A stretch of DNA of 64,000 bases from Felis catus (Eukaryota), in assembly GCF_018350175.1 (NCBI RefSeq), contig NC_058382.1, positions 61,444,001 to 61,508,000 of the forward strand, in the 5' to 3' direction. The notes under the pieces are model-generated. The model saw only the letters and a program-made list of their open reading frames with translations, was not told the DNA's origin and did not search any database. The translations under genes and the position numbers were made by a program. Positions within the stretch are counted from its first letter, which is position 1. The number at the start of each line of letters is the position of its first letter. Shown here piece by piece: positions 50,162 through 62,700 of this stretch.

Positions 50162-50549
50162 ATCATGCCCTGAGCCGAAATCGAGAGTCTAAGCCACCAA
50201 GGCGCCCCCTTAAATCCTTTCTAATTGCTTCAGGATGTTGCCTGTGGCTGAGCAGATAAGTCCTTGTCCACGGCTTTCCCTTGCACCTTTGAGGACTGCA
50301 GAATTATCTTTATTGCCTCAGGATAAATTTCACATAGCAAAATTGCTGGGTCAAGACCACACATACATTATCATTTGCTTTTTATTTTTTGGCCTTATGG
50401 GGTCCTTACCAAGTGAAGATTCAAGAGTACCGTAGAAGTGCTATGTGCCAAACCCAGCGATTTCACTGCTAGCTCTGTCGTCAGGGGGTTGAAAGCTCCT
50501 TTATGAAACCCTGGGATTCTAGGATACAGAATATTAAAAATATGTTTAT

Positions 50550-51745
50550 TACAGGAAACCATCAAAATCCTAGAGGAGAACACAGGCAGCAACCTCTTTG
50601 ACCTCAGCCACAGCAACTTCTTGCTAGACATGTTGCAGGACGCAAGGGAAATGAAAGCAGAAATGTACTGGGATCTCATCAAGATAAAAAGCTTCTGCAC
50701 AGCAATGGAAACAATCAACAAAACTAAAAGACAGCCTATGGAATGGGAGAAGATATTTGCAAATGACATTTCTTTTTTAAAAAATTTTTTTAAAGTTTAT
50801 TATTGAGAAACAGAGAGAGAGCATGAGCATGGGAGGGGCAGAGATAAGGGGAGACACAGAATCCGGAGCAGGCTCCAGGCTCTGAGCTGTCAGCGCAAAG
50901 CCTGATGCAGGGCTCAAACTCACAAATTGCGAGAACATGGCCTGAGCTGAAGTCGGACATTTAACCAACTGAGCCACCCAGGCACCCCTGCAAATGACAA
51001 TTCTGATAAAGGGTTATTATCCAAAACCTATTCCTAAAAAACAAATAATCCAACTAAGAAATGGGCAGAAGACATGAATAGACATTTTTTCCAAAGAAGA
51101 CATCCAGATGGCTAACAGGTGCATGAAAAGATGCTCAACATCACTCTCATCAGGGAAATTGAAATCAAAACTACAATGAAATACCACCTCACACCTGTCA
51201 GAATGGCTAAAATTAACAACACAGGAAACAACAGGTGTGGGCGAGGATGTGGAGAAAAGGGGAATAATCCGCACAGTTGGTGGGAATGCAATCTGGCGCA
51301 GCCGCTCCGGAGGACAGTGTGGACGTTCCTCAAAAAGTTAAAAATAGAACTACCCTATGTTCCAGCAACTGCACTACTAGGTATTTACCCAAAGGATTAA
51401 AAAAAATACAGGTTTGAGGGGTTACATGCACCCCCATATTTATAGCAGCATTATCTGCAATAGGCAAACTATGGAATGAGCCCAAATGTCTAATGACTGA
51501 TGAATGGATAAAGAAAATGTGATATATATATACACATATGTGTGTATGTGTGTGTGTGTGTGTATATATATATACATATATATATATATGGGTGGGTGAT
51601 GGGCATTAAGGAGGGCACTTGCTGTGATGGGCACTGGGTATTCTACATAAGTGATAAGCCACAGAATTCTACTTCTGAAACCAATATTGCACTGTGTGTT
51701 AACTAACTAGAATTTTAATAAAAAATTGAAGAAAAAAAGAAATAA
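50550..51745 (+). mobile_element. Carnivore L1 3' fragment with an inserted SINE and a (TA/TG)n microsatellite
   Basis: WDLIKIKSFCTAMETINKTKRQPMEWEKIFANDIS; 3' end aactaactagaattttaataaaaa. Confidence 0.9.
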
Positions 51746-52184
51746 AAGTATGTTTATTTAATGGATTCAAGGGTTGTCTTGATCACATCATCTTTTATTG
51801 CTTTACTCAGAAAATTATCTTTTTTCTAAGTTTATTTTGAGAGAGAGAGAGAGAGAGAGCATGAGCAGGGGAGGGACAGAGAGAGAGGGAGACAGAATCC
51901 CAAGCAGGCTCCATGCCGTCAGCTCGAACATGGGGCCAGATCCCATGAACCGTGAGAGCGTGACCTGAGCCAAAACCACGAGTTGGACGCTCGGTCGTCC
52001 GAGCCACCCAGGGGCCCCAACTCAGGAAATTCTTTAGAAGAATTAGCTTTTCTTTATTTCTTCTCTCTCTCTCTCTCTCTTTTCCCTTCAGCACACGGTG
52101 GTATGTAATGTAATAATTACTACTACGGTTTGGTAGCACAGCCTTGATCCGTGCTAAGGTCCCGGCAGTTTTGCTCCCTATAGG

Positions 52185-52435
52185 GTTATATGGCAGCCCC
52201 CGGAAAGAACTGTCCATGTCCTACCCTGAAATCTGTAAATGTGATCTTATTTGGAAATAGGGTCTTTGCAGATGCAACTAATGAAAGGGTCTTGAAATGA
52301 GATCATTCTGGACTGTCTAGGGTGGGTCCTAAATCCAATGACAGGTATCCCTTCATTCACTGCTATACCCTTAGCAGTTAGAACACTGTCTAGCACTTAG
52401 AAATGGATACATAAATACTTGTTGAATTGAATAAT
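52185..52435 (+). mobile_element. MLT1 5' fragment followed by an L2 3' end
   Basis: ttatttggaaatagggtctttgcagatg...cctaaatccaatgac, then taaatacttgttgaattgaat. Confidence 0.7.
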
Positions 52436-53492
52436 TTTTTAAAAGAATCTGTTGTTCAGCTTTACTTTAATAAGAGAAATGGAAATTAAGCGACTCTTCA
52501 CCCATCAAAGATTCAAAAGTGTAATCATACACTGTGAACTTAGGCAAGCAGGCCCCGCCAGTGGGGAACCAGTGGGGAACTGGTACAGCCTCAGTGAGAG
52601 CTGCTTTAATAATACTTACCAAAATTCTGAATGTGTATATCCTTCAATTCAGCAAGTCCATTTCCTAGAATTTGGAGTGAACACATAGAGGGGCGGCTCA
52701 GTCAGTTAAGTGTCTGCTTCAGCTCAGGTCATGATCTCTAGGTTCGTGGGTTCAAGCCCCACATAGAGCTCTGTGCTGACAGCTTGGAGCCTGGAGCCTG
52801 CTTCAGATTCTGTGTCTCCCTCTCTCTCTGACCCACCCCCGCTCGCGCTCTGTCTCTGTCTCTCCAAAATAAATAAACATTAAAGAAAATTGTACTGAAC
52901 ACATATAAAAGGATAAATGTCAACTGTACTCCCACAGTGTCTGAGGTACTTGGAACAGCAGTATTAAGCCCAGAAAATCCTGGCCATCATGGAGCCCATG
53001 CTATGTATAAGGTTATTCACTCAAGACTGGGAACATCCTACGTGCCCACCAGTAGGGAACTGGATGGGGAGATTATGGCGTCCCCACGAAGGGATATGCA
53101 GTTGCACAGACAGGTGCAGAGGGTCCTTACACACTGATATCAACCACTCCCCCCACACCGATGAATGCAGAAGCAGAGCACAGGACAAGGTGTATGATGT
53201 GCCTCTCTCTGTGTGAAAAGGGGATGTGTATGTTTGCAGCAGGCGTGTGGCATTTCTGGAAGGACCGACCAAAGATCAGTCACGGTGACTGCCTGGGGCC
53301 AGTGTGTGGTTGAAGACTTCTCAATCTTTGCACATCAAGTCCTGTCAAATTAGCCAACACCAATTTGCACAGTTATTTCTATATTCTTACAGAGGGCAGG
53401 CCCCACACAGGCACCTGAGGCTCATCCTGTCATCAAGATAATTGTCACTTGTGATGTAAAATTTCCTTCGCTCCAGGCTGAGAAAGATGTGA

Positions 53493-53495
<3 letters not shown>

Positions 53496-53555
<60 letters not shown>
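53496..53555. repeat. (GA)n microsatellite, about 30 units
   Basis: Directly visible. Confidence 0.98.
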
Positions 53556-53558
<3 letters not shown>

Positions 53559-56500
53559 ATTTGGAAAGTCCCAGACTCATTTTTAACCATCCTGCATTAC
53601 CTGTTCATAACATAAATAAATTCAAACTTTGTAAATGACCTTGAATGTCTTCGGTGGGAAGCAAATAGTGTCCTCAAGTATTTACCCCTGATCCCCTCTC
53701 CTTGTCCTGTGACACACAGAACGGCCCTGCCTGCTGTCTATGACCTCCTAGGGTTTCCTCAGTCATCTTGGCCTAGCTCTGGAACTTTAGTCCCCATTCT
53801 GTGCTCTGAATGTCCTCCTCCTCTTCCCTTTCCCTCCTGCTTTCTCCGTCTGTTCGGGCTCAGCCACGTTAGCCTCTGTGTCTTCACAACTACTAGCCTT
53901 CAAGGAACGCCCAGGCCCAGGGTCCTTCCCCCGGGACTGTCCTGCGCTCCCTTTCAGAGATGAAGCACAGCGGGGCTCTATCTGACACCCATGGGATTCA
54001 TGGCCTTTATCATCATCCCAAAATAAACCTAACGTACAAAACCGCTGCCTATCAAGTTTCAGCTTTTCCTCCCAGACCCCTGAGCCTTGCCTGGCCGCAA
54101 GGAGCATGACAAAGGGGACATTCAGGGGCCTCTGAACTGCGGCAACAGGGGGCCTGGGTGCTCACTGCCCCGTGTATGGCTCCCTGGGGGGGGGGGGGGG
54201 CGGGGAAGCTGACCTGCTTTCCAATCGGAAGTGGAGTAAGTTGTGGGCGGAGAGAAACTCTGCACTTCACTTGCCACAGGTGAAGCGGTTCTCCCTGTGT
54301 CTAGGGGAATAGAACTGCCCGTGCACTTGACTCGCTCTGAACTTTGTCTCAGAACACGCAGAGCACTCTCGTGATGCCACCCTGGACCCCGGAGCCCCGT
54401 ACTGCTCTCCTGGAATCATGTAACTGTAATCCACAAGCGCACCTGGGAATCCAGCCCCAACTTATCTTTTTGAACCCCAGGAGCCTAAAATTAGGACTCT
54501 GTAGCTTCTGTGTCTGCAAAGATGCTCAGAGGTGTTTTTTGTTTTTAGTTTTTTTTTTAATGTTTATTTTTGAGAGAGTACAAGTGGGATAGGGGCAGAG
54601 AGACAGGGAGACAGGAGTTCCTAAGTGGTCTCTACACTGACAGCAGAGAACCTGATGTGGGGCTCAAAGTCGGGAACCATGAGATCATGACCTGAGATAA
54701 AGTCGGACACTGAACCAACTGAGCCACTCAGGTGCCCCTTTTCAAAAAATTTTTAAAGTTTATTTTCTTATTTTGAGAGATAGAGCACAAGCATGAGTGA
54801 GTGGGGAAGGGGCAGGGAGGAGTGGTGGAAAGAGAAAGACAGAGAGAGATCGATTGAGAGTCACAAGGAGGCTCCACATGCGGGGCTCAAACTCAGGAGC
54901 CATGAGCTCATTCCCTGAGCCGAAATCAAGAATCAGACACTTAACTGACTGAGTCATCCAGGGGCCCCTTAGAGGTATAATTCTTAGAGCTTTTGGATCT
55001 ATGGCTAACTGTAGTTGTGAGCCACCCACCCCTCCAACTGCACTCCCATGGTATGGGCACGATCTACATAAGGCCCCTGCAAAGTATCAAACACATGGTT
55101 AAAAACAGCATAACCAGTGGGGCTCCCTGCTCACATCAAGCACCTGTACCACATCCATTTATGTGGAGTGCTATTATTCGCTCACAAGGGGCAGGGAGGG
55201 ACATCAGCGGGTTTTCTACTGGTCCTTCCCAGGCAGAAGACATGAATGCTTGGTGCTCCCCAGTGTTGTGAACATGAACAGCCTACCCCATAGAGTGAAT
55301 ATTTGGGGAGCATCTTTGCTAATGTGATGAATTGATAACTCTCCAATTCCAAGCATTGGTGGTTGGTCAATGCACTCAGTGTTCCTATCCTGTCCCCAAG
55401 CACAGCAGCCAAGAGAGGGAGATGCAGAATCCGAAGCAGGCTCCAGGCTTCGAGCTGTCAGCACAGAGCCTGATGCGGGGCTCGAACTCACAGACCACGA
55501 GATCATGACCTGAGCTGAAGTCGGACGCTTCACCGACTGAGCCACCCAGGTGCCCCTTCACTACCTTTTATCAAAAGTGTGGGCTGGGGGAGTGCCTGGG
55601 TCGCTCATCTGGTTAAGTGTCCAACTCTTAATTTCTGCTCAGGTCACGATCTCATGGTTCGTGAGCTGGAGCCCCAAATCCGGATCTATGTGTCAGCGCA
55701 GAGCCTGCTTGAGATTCTCACTCTGCTCCCCTCTGCTTGTGTTCTCTCTCTCTCTCTCTCTCTCTCAAAAATAAATAATTAAACTTAAAAAAAAAAGTAT
55801 GGGCTGGGCTTGGTACTCCCCCACAAAAAACATGGTTATCTTGACTGTGACTTGTGACTAACAGATAGAACTTGTCACTGCACCCAGAGTTCCCACCAAC
55901 CAGGTGAGAAGTCGGGTGCACCCAGTTGCTAGAGCCACAGGAAAATTTTATCAGGTTTCTCTTCCAGTGGATTCCGCCTCATTTCTTATTATTGGCTTAG
56001 AAGCTGCTCTTGGGCACCCTGTCTACAAGCTTAGAATCCCTCTCACTGCTGCCAGCACCCTTAGGCCAATGTCAGCCTTCCTCCTCACTGTAGGCCCACA
56101 TCTACGTCTCATCCGGTACTTTCTGGGAGGCTGCGTGCATAAATGACCTAGGAGAATAAACGATGTAGTTTCTACAAACATCTAGAGAATTGACTGATGC
56201 TTTTGGTCCCTCATTTTGGTCACGGCTAAGGGGACAAAGCTTGAAACATCAAGAGATAAGTACTCTTTTGGCATATGGATTTGGTTTGATTTCCATCATG
56301 CTATTTTGCATAGCCAAAGCACTGTAAATCTTATAATTTAAAATAAATTACTTTGGCATCTGGGTGGCTCAGTCTGTTCAGCATCTTATTAGGTTTCGGC
56401 TCAGGTCGTGGTCTCACAGTTTGTGAATTCAAGCCCCGCGTCGGGCTCTGTGCTGACAGCTCAGAGCCAGAGCCTGCTTTGGATTCTGTGTCTCCCTCTC

Positions 56501-57003
56501 TCTCTGTCCCTCCTCTACTTGTGCTTTCTCTCTCAAAAGTAAATAAATAAACATGAAAAATTTAAAAAAAGGGGGGGAGCACCTGAGTGGCTCAGTTGGT
56601 TCAGCATATGGTATCAACTCAGGTAATGATCTTGCAGTTTGTGAGTTCGAGCCCCACATCCAGCTTGCTGATGTCAGTGCAGAGCCTGCTTTGGATCTTC
56701 TGTTCCCCTTGCTCTCCTCCTCCACTGTCACTCTCAAAAATAAATAAAACATTAAAAATTTTTTTTTAACTTTTAAAATAAAAGAATAAAAATAAATTAC
56801 TTAAGGAGCTCCTTGTTGGCTCAGTCAGTAGAGCATGTGACTCTGGGTCTTGGGGTTGTGAGTTCAAGAGATTACTTAGGAAAGAATAATCTTAAAAATA
56901 AATAAATGAATAGCTTAAGAACAAAAAAAGGAAAAAAGATAAAGAGAACCTAACTTTTTTAAAAATGTTATTTATTTGAGAGACAGAGTGCTAGTGGGGG
57001 AGG

Positions 57004-57055
<52 letters not shown>

Positions 57056-58779
57056 ATCCGAAGCAGGCTCCAGGCTCAGCACAGAGCCTCACATGGGGCT
57101 CAGACTCATGAACCGTGAGATCATGACCTGAGCCAAAGTCAGACGCTTAACTGACTGAGCCACCCAGGTGCCCCTAGAACCTAACTTTTATAAAATCCCA
57201 GTAAAATCCCTGTTCTGAATCTTTCTGGCTAATGTCTTGGAAGGTGCTCAGGGACTCCTGAAAGAACAGAGCCAGATCAGAAAGAGTATTGTCATCTCAC
57301 ACAGGTGAACTCAAGGGCCACTGGTCAGCTAGGTATGAGTCCACTACATGAGGCCCCTTAGCAAGGCCCATGCTCATCAAATAAGATCCTAAAACCATGT
57401 GGTCAATTAGGGAAATCTGAGACCCTTTGAAGAACGGGGAAGGAACGTCTTGCTACAACCTAACCGGCTTCCAATCAAAGTGATTATCACCTTCCGCTCT
57501 GTCCACTCACTGCACCTAAGGGTGCCCCTCCTGAGGGTGCCCCTGGCTCCTGGAAGGGGAGGGGTCAGCCAGGCTGTGGTGGGAGCAACGGTCCTGGTTT
57601 CTGAAGAGTTGCTGGTGAGAGCTACATGACCAGAGGTGTTGTGAATGGAAGTCTTTATTTCCCTGGAATCTGAAAGCAAAAACCACTCCTTGTTTGGGCC
57701 CACTGTGTTGGGAGAGGAGTTTCCAGATCACATACACCTGGCATTGTGTGACTTGAGGCAGGAACTTTCCTAAACCACTGTGCAGAAGCTACTGCTTGTG
57801 CATTAAGTAAGACTCTTCCCTGAAGGTTTCTTGCTACTGCTGTCCTAAAGTAGCCGTGAAATTTCTCGCTCACCCTATTGCACCCACGGTTCGTGGGGTG
57901 GGGGGAAACGAGCAAAGGCCAGACAGGAAGATTAACCTGAGTCCTAGGTTCTTTGCACAATTTATTCAGGAGATAGGACATTCCTCCACCCCATGTCTCT
58001 ACTTTTCCTTCTACAAAGCACCAATGCTGTTATTTTTGGCTGTGTAAGCTTGGTGAACCGAAAGTTGCCCAGCTGTTGAATGTAAAAACTTTTGGCACAA
58101 TTCATCTTTATCAAATTCCTTTCTGTTCGAAAATTATACATCCGATGGGATGATGTGACATTAGGGCCTCAGGGGGCAGCCTACACCCCTCACCAAGTGC
58201 CCATCCCCTTTCCCCAAAGTGGAAATTGCCACCTTGCTGTGGCGATCCCCTCTTCCCAGGGACCCAGGTTTGGGACCAGTCGCCTTAAGGCCAACTATTT
58301 TCCAATTGCATTTGGGCCCTGCTATCCTGACCCAGTTACAACTATGGCTCAGGAGGTCTCGGGATTTGCGTGAGTAGTTACTTGTGTGCCTGGGTGCCGC
58401 CCCTCCCGTGAGTGAGCTGGCTTGGAATGCAGGCACAGATAACTTTCAAATGAGAGCTCCGCCTCTGTTTATTTTTCAGGGAGACACTCGAGCATTTAAT
58501 CCAGACTTGGGTCTCCTGCTACAAAGGGTCCTTCATCGAATACTTCATAGCGCGGGGTCTCCCTGGCTCACATCGCTCTGTAGTAAGTGACCTCTTGAGG
58601 TCACCTTGCCAGCCGGCCCCCACAGAGGCCACTGCAGGCATTTGCTCCTCCGAACCAAAGTCGGATGTGTGTTTGTGCGGGGTGGGGGTTCACATGCCTC
58701 TTCACTGTCTCCCGCATTCCAGCATCAATAGTGCCCGAGGCCCCCAGTCACTGCAGTGTCTTGGACGGGGTGCCTCCTT

Positions 58780-59560
58780 ACACAAGCGTCAGAGAGCCTG
58801 GGGAGCGCGCCTCCCTCCGGCCCCGGCTCTGCGCGCCCAGCCACCCCGCACCTCCCCCACTCCGCCTGGCCCGCCCGGTCCCCCCAGGGCCGGGAGCGCA
58901 GCCTTCCCAGCTTCCCTCCCCACCCGCCACACCGCGCCCCTCCCCTCTGCGCCCTGAGGCCCCCCACCCCCCACCGCCACCGGACCGGCACCCCTCCCCC
59001 CTCGCTCCCGCGCCGGCCCCGCCCTCACCTGCGGCCGCTGCGCGGGGCGGGGCCGCCCGAGGATGACAAAGCAGCGGCCGGCGGCGCGGGACCCGCCCCC
59101 CGCGCTCGGCGGGTGCGTCGGCCGCCCCGGCGCGGCTGTTATGGAAACCGGCCGGGCGCGCAGGAGGCGATAATGGGGCGGCCATGGCCCGGGCCGGCAG
59201 CTCCAGCGGCGACGCGGCCGCGGGGGAGCGGGCCGGGGGCGCGGGGCGGCCCGAGCCGTGGGAGCTGTCCCTGGAGGAGGTGCTGAAGGCGTACGAACAG
59301 CCCATCAACGAGGAGCAGGCGTGGGCCGTGTGCTTCCAGGGCTGCCGCGGGCTGCGGGGCGCGCCGGGCGGCGGGCGGCGCATCCGGGACACGGCCGACA
59401 TCCTCCTGCGCCGGGACGGCTCGGTCAGCGCGCGGCGGGAGCCAGGGGCCGCGGGTGAGGGCCGGCGGGCGCGCGGGGGTGTGGCCGGGCGCGCGGGCCG
59501 CGCCGGGGGGCGGGGGTGGGGGCCGGGGAGCGCGCGCGCGGGGTGTGGGGGGATGGGCTG
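58780..59560 (+). promoter_or_regulatory. SPIRE2 CpG-island promoter with GC boxes
   Basis: Very GC- and CpG-rich, with multiple GGGGCGGGG/CCCGCCCC motifs around exon 1. Confidence 0.85.
59184..59454 (+). CDS. SPIRE2: SPIRE2 (Spire-type actin nucleation factor 2) first coding exon, start of the KIND domain
   Basis: MARAGSS...GRPEPWELSLEEVLKAYEQPINEEQAWAVCFQGCRGLRG matches the recalled SPIRE2 N-terminus. Kozak gccATGG; phase-1 donor G|gtgagg; adjacent to FANCA as in human. Confidence 0.96.
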
Positions 59561-59564
59561 CGAC

Positions 59565-59790
59565 CCTCCCCTCTCCTCGCTTCTCCTCTCCTCCCCCTCT
59601 CCCCTCTCCCCCCTTCTCCTCTCCTCTCCCCCCTTCTCCTCTCCTCTCCCCCCTTCTCCTCTCCTCTCCCCCCTTCTCCTCTCCTCTCCCCCCTTCTCCT
59701 CTCCCCCCTTCTCCTCTCCCCCCTTCTCCTCTCCTCTCCCCCCTTCTCTCACCTCTCCTCTCTCCTCCTCTCGCCTCTCCTCTCCTGTCC
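59565..59790. repeat. Polypyrimidine (CT-rich) low-complexity tandem repeat at the start of SPIRE2 intron 1
   Basis: Units CTCCT/CTCCCCCCTT, almost purine-free on the plus strand. Confidence 0.95.
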
Positions 59791-62700
59791 TTTCTCGTCC
59801 TCTGCTGGGTGCGAGCCCTCTCCGTCCCCACCCTCCCTCTCGTGGACCCGGAGCCCCCTCTCTGCACCCTCCCTTTCTGGAACGCGGGCGCCCCCTTCCA
59901 CACCCTCCGAGTCCTGAACCCCTGCAGGAGCCCCCTTTCGTACCCTTCCACACCCTTCCTTTGCTGGACGGCCTCTCCCCATCCTTCTCTCTCTCACCTG
60001 GTGTTGGGATACCCCCTCCCTTTCCTAGAACCCTCCGCCGACCATCCTCTGGTTGCCGGTGGGCAGCCTGCGGTTCGCGTATTTAACTCACAGGAGAAGG
60101 ATTTTGGCTTTTGATGGTTGAGTACCTTCCATAGACTCAATTCTGCCTCTCCTACCCCCCACCTCTCCCCACCTGGCGCTGGTTCCTTCTGCTTTGGGGT
60201 CTGTAGCCCTCAGTCTTGTTCATCCAGTGATTCCTGGTGTGGAACCCTTGTTGCATGGGTGACTGCAGATGCCTTACGCTGGAAAGGAACGAATGAATGT
60301 CTTCTTGGAGCTTTTTTTCGTGGAGGTGAAGGTCTAAGGAGGAAGCTGTGTCTTCTTTGGAATCTGCTGAATTTACCAGTTTCCTGGGTTTAATAGCAAG
60401 AAGAGTGTGTAAAATTTTGGGAACAGTCTGCTTGGTTTTCCTGCTCTTAATCATCAAGAACAAATAATCCCTTGAAAGATATTTGAAGTCTACTCAAAAT
60501 AGCGAATCTAAGTGATTTTTAGCCTCTTTCTTAGGAAAAAAAAATAACGTATTTTCTTCCCTGGAGAACTGTACTACTGGTCTAGAGCATATGGTGATTA
60601 AAAAAAAAATTTTTTTTTTAATGTTTATTTATTTTTGAGAGAGAGCGCGAAAGCAGGGCAGGGGCACACAGAGAGAGACACACACAGAATCCAAAGCAGG
60701 TTCCAGGCTCGGAGCTGTGAGCACAGAGCCCAGCGTGGGGCTTGAACCCATGAACTGTGGAGACCATGACCTGAGCCGAAGTCAGACACTCAAGTGGCTG
60801 AGCCACCCAGGCACCCCTAGAATGTTGGGTGATATTAACCCAAAAGCTAATACTGTGTAGGAAACACAAAGGCCCGCTATGTGTGCTGGAGGAGAGCTGG
60901 GCCCTCTCTAGTCCTGAGACTATGGTTTGCACGAGTCCTCATGGAGGACACGAAAGGACCAGCACAAAGCTGCATAGGAGCTATAGCTGTATAGCTATAG
61001 GGTCTGTTGAACCCCCCCTGGGACCATCACTCTATTTCTCCCAAGGTCCTTCTCAGCCCTGTGCCCCGCTCCTACCTCCCTCTACACCTTTGCTATGAGA
61101 CATTTGTAAGTTTCTGTATTTCGTACACAAAGCACCAAGATATTTGACAGGTGAAAAGTGAGTAGACACTCAAATGGTATTATTCCCAGTTTACCAGTTA
61201 AGCTGAGGCTCAGACTTCCCCAAAGCTGCACAGAGAGAGGAAGGATTTGGATTCAGCCTCCAGCTCTTGATGTTTGCGTGCAAGGTCTCCGTAGGTGGGC
61301 CTGAGAGGCTTGCCCTTGCTGGGTGGCCTTATCCCCGCCCTCCCACGGGGGTTGGGGGGGGGGGCGGCAGCTAGACTCTGCATATTCACAAAGAGCTTTT
61401 CTCCTGAAGCTATAGATTCCTCCCTGTGTCCCTCTCCATCCCTGGAGATAACAATATATGGGGTGCCTGGGTGGCTCAGTCGGTTAAGCAGTTAAGCCTC
61501 TGCCTTCAGCTCAGGTCATGATCTCATGGTTCGTGGTTCCTGGGTTTGAGCCCTGCGTCAGGATATCTGCTGTCAGTGCAGAGCCCGTCTTTGGATCCTC
61601 TGTCTCCCCCTCTCTCTCCGCCCCTCCCCCACTCACGTTCTTTCTCTCTCTCAAAAAGTAAATAAACATTAAAAGAATTAATTAATAAGAAAAGAGTATA
61701 ACCCAAGATGTGGCTCCTGGCACCCCAGAGCGGGACAGGACTATAGGGGCCTGCCTGGTCTGACCCTCTGATTTTAAAGATTGGAAAACTGAGGTACAGA
61801 GTGGTAGCTGGTTAGCAGAGAGCGCAGCTCTCACAGAGAAGTACAGCTCTGTGTGAGAACTGGGAGAGAGTCAAGCCAGGTTTCTCATTGGTCCTCCAAA
61901 ATGCACCTTGATGGCTAACGTTGTTGGGAGTCACCAAGCTCCCTCCAGTTCCCAGGATGTGTCAGCTCCTACTTCCTGCTGCCTCTACACCCACAACCAG
62001 GCCAGAGATCCAGGCTGGGGTTTCAGGCTCACACCTGGCCTCTCTGTGGACACTTACTAGCCCAGGACATCAGGAAGCCTGGTTCCATTTTCCATTCAAG
62101 GCAGTCTTTGGTTTCGCTCATAAACGTGTCTCATAAAGGTGGATAAGAGATATGACGTGCTTGTCTGTAAAGATAAGGGAGAGTGGATTGCCCTGAACTT
62201 TCTCTTCAGTCTTGTTGAGCTTTCTTGAATCAGCTGAAACTTTAGACCAACTGCCCTCGGGGGTGGCTAATCCACCATTTCGCTGGCACTTGAGTGGTGA
62301 ATTCACTGAAGGATTTGTGTTTATTTCTTGCTGTAAAAAGCAATCGGGAAAAACAGCATCTTTTAATGTTACCTCACCTGGTCCCTCGGTACAAAGTGCT
62401 GGTAGATCTAGCCTTAAGTAAGTGTTTAAAAGAACTTTAAAGGAATCCGCAAAAAGAAAAGCCACATTTGGGGGAATGATTAATGTATGAGCATACATCT
62501 CGCCTCTAACAGCGAAGTGGAAACAAATCCTAACCTTTAGTCTGAAGACTTCATAACTGCTTGGAGTACTTTTTTTTTTAAGTGGGGAAAATGTGTTAAC
62601 GTGAAGTTTTTTTTTTTTAAGTTTATTTTATTTATTTTGAGAGAGAGAGAGAGCGCACATGTGAGCGGGTGGGGGGGGGGAGGGGCAGGGAGAATCCTAA

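Noticed and set aside
54990..58500. Non-SINE intergenic sequence with several ~100-aa ORFs, possibly decayed ERV internal region
   Set aside because: I could not recognise gag, pol or env motifs or flanking LTR pairs. It needs a Dfam or tBLASTn search.
42689..59184. Shared bidirectional promoter for FANCA and SPIRE2
   Set aside because: The starts are about 16.5 kb apart, each has its own CpG island, and they are separated by repeats.
58778..60114. Long ORFs (391, 300, 270 and 219 aa) around SPIRE2 exon 1
   Set aside because: These come from stop-poor CpG island and CT-repeat sequence. Only 59184-59454 matches SPIRE2, and it ends at a GT donor.
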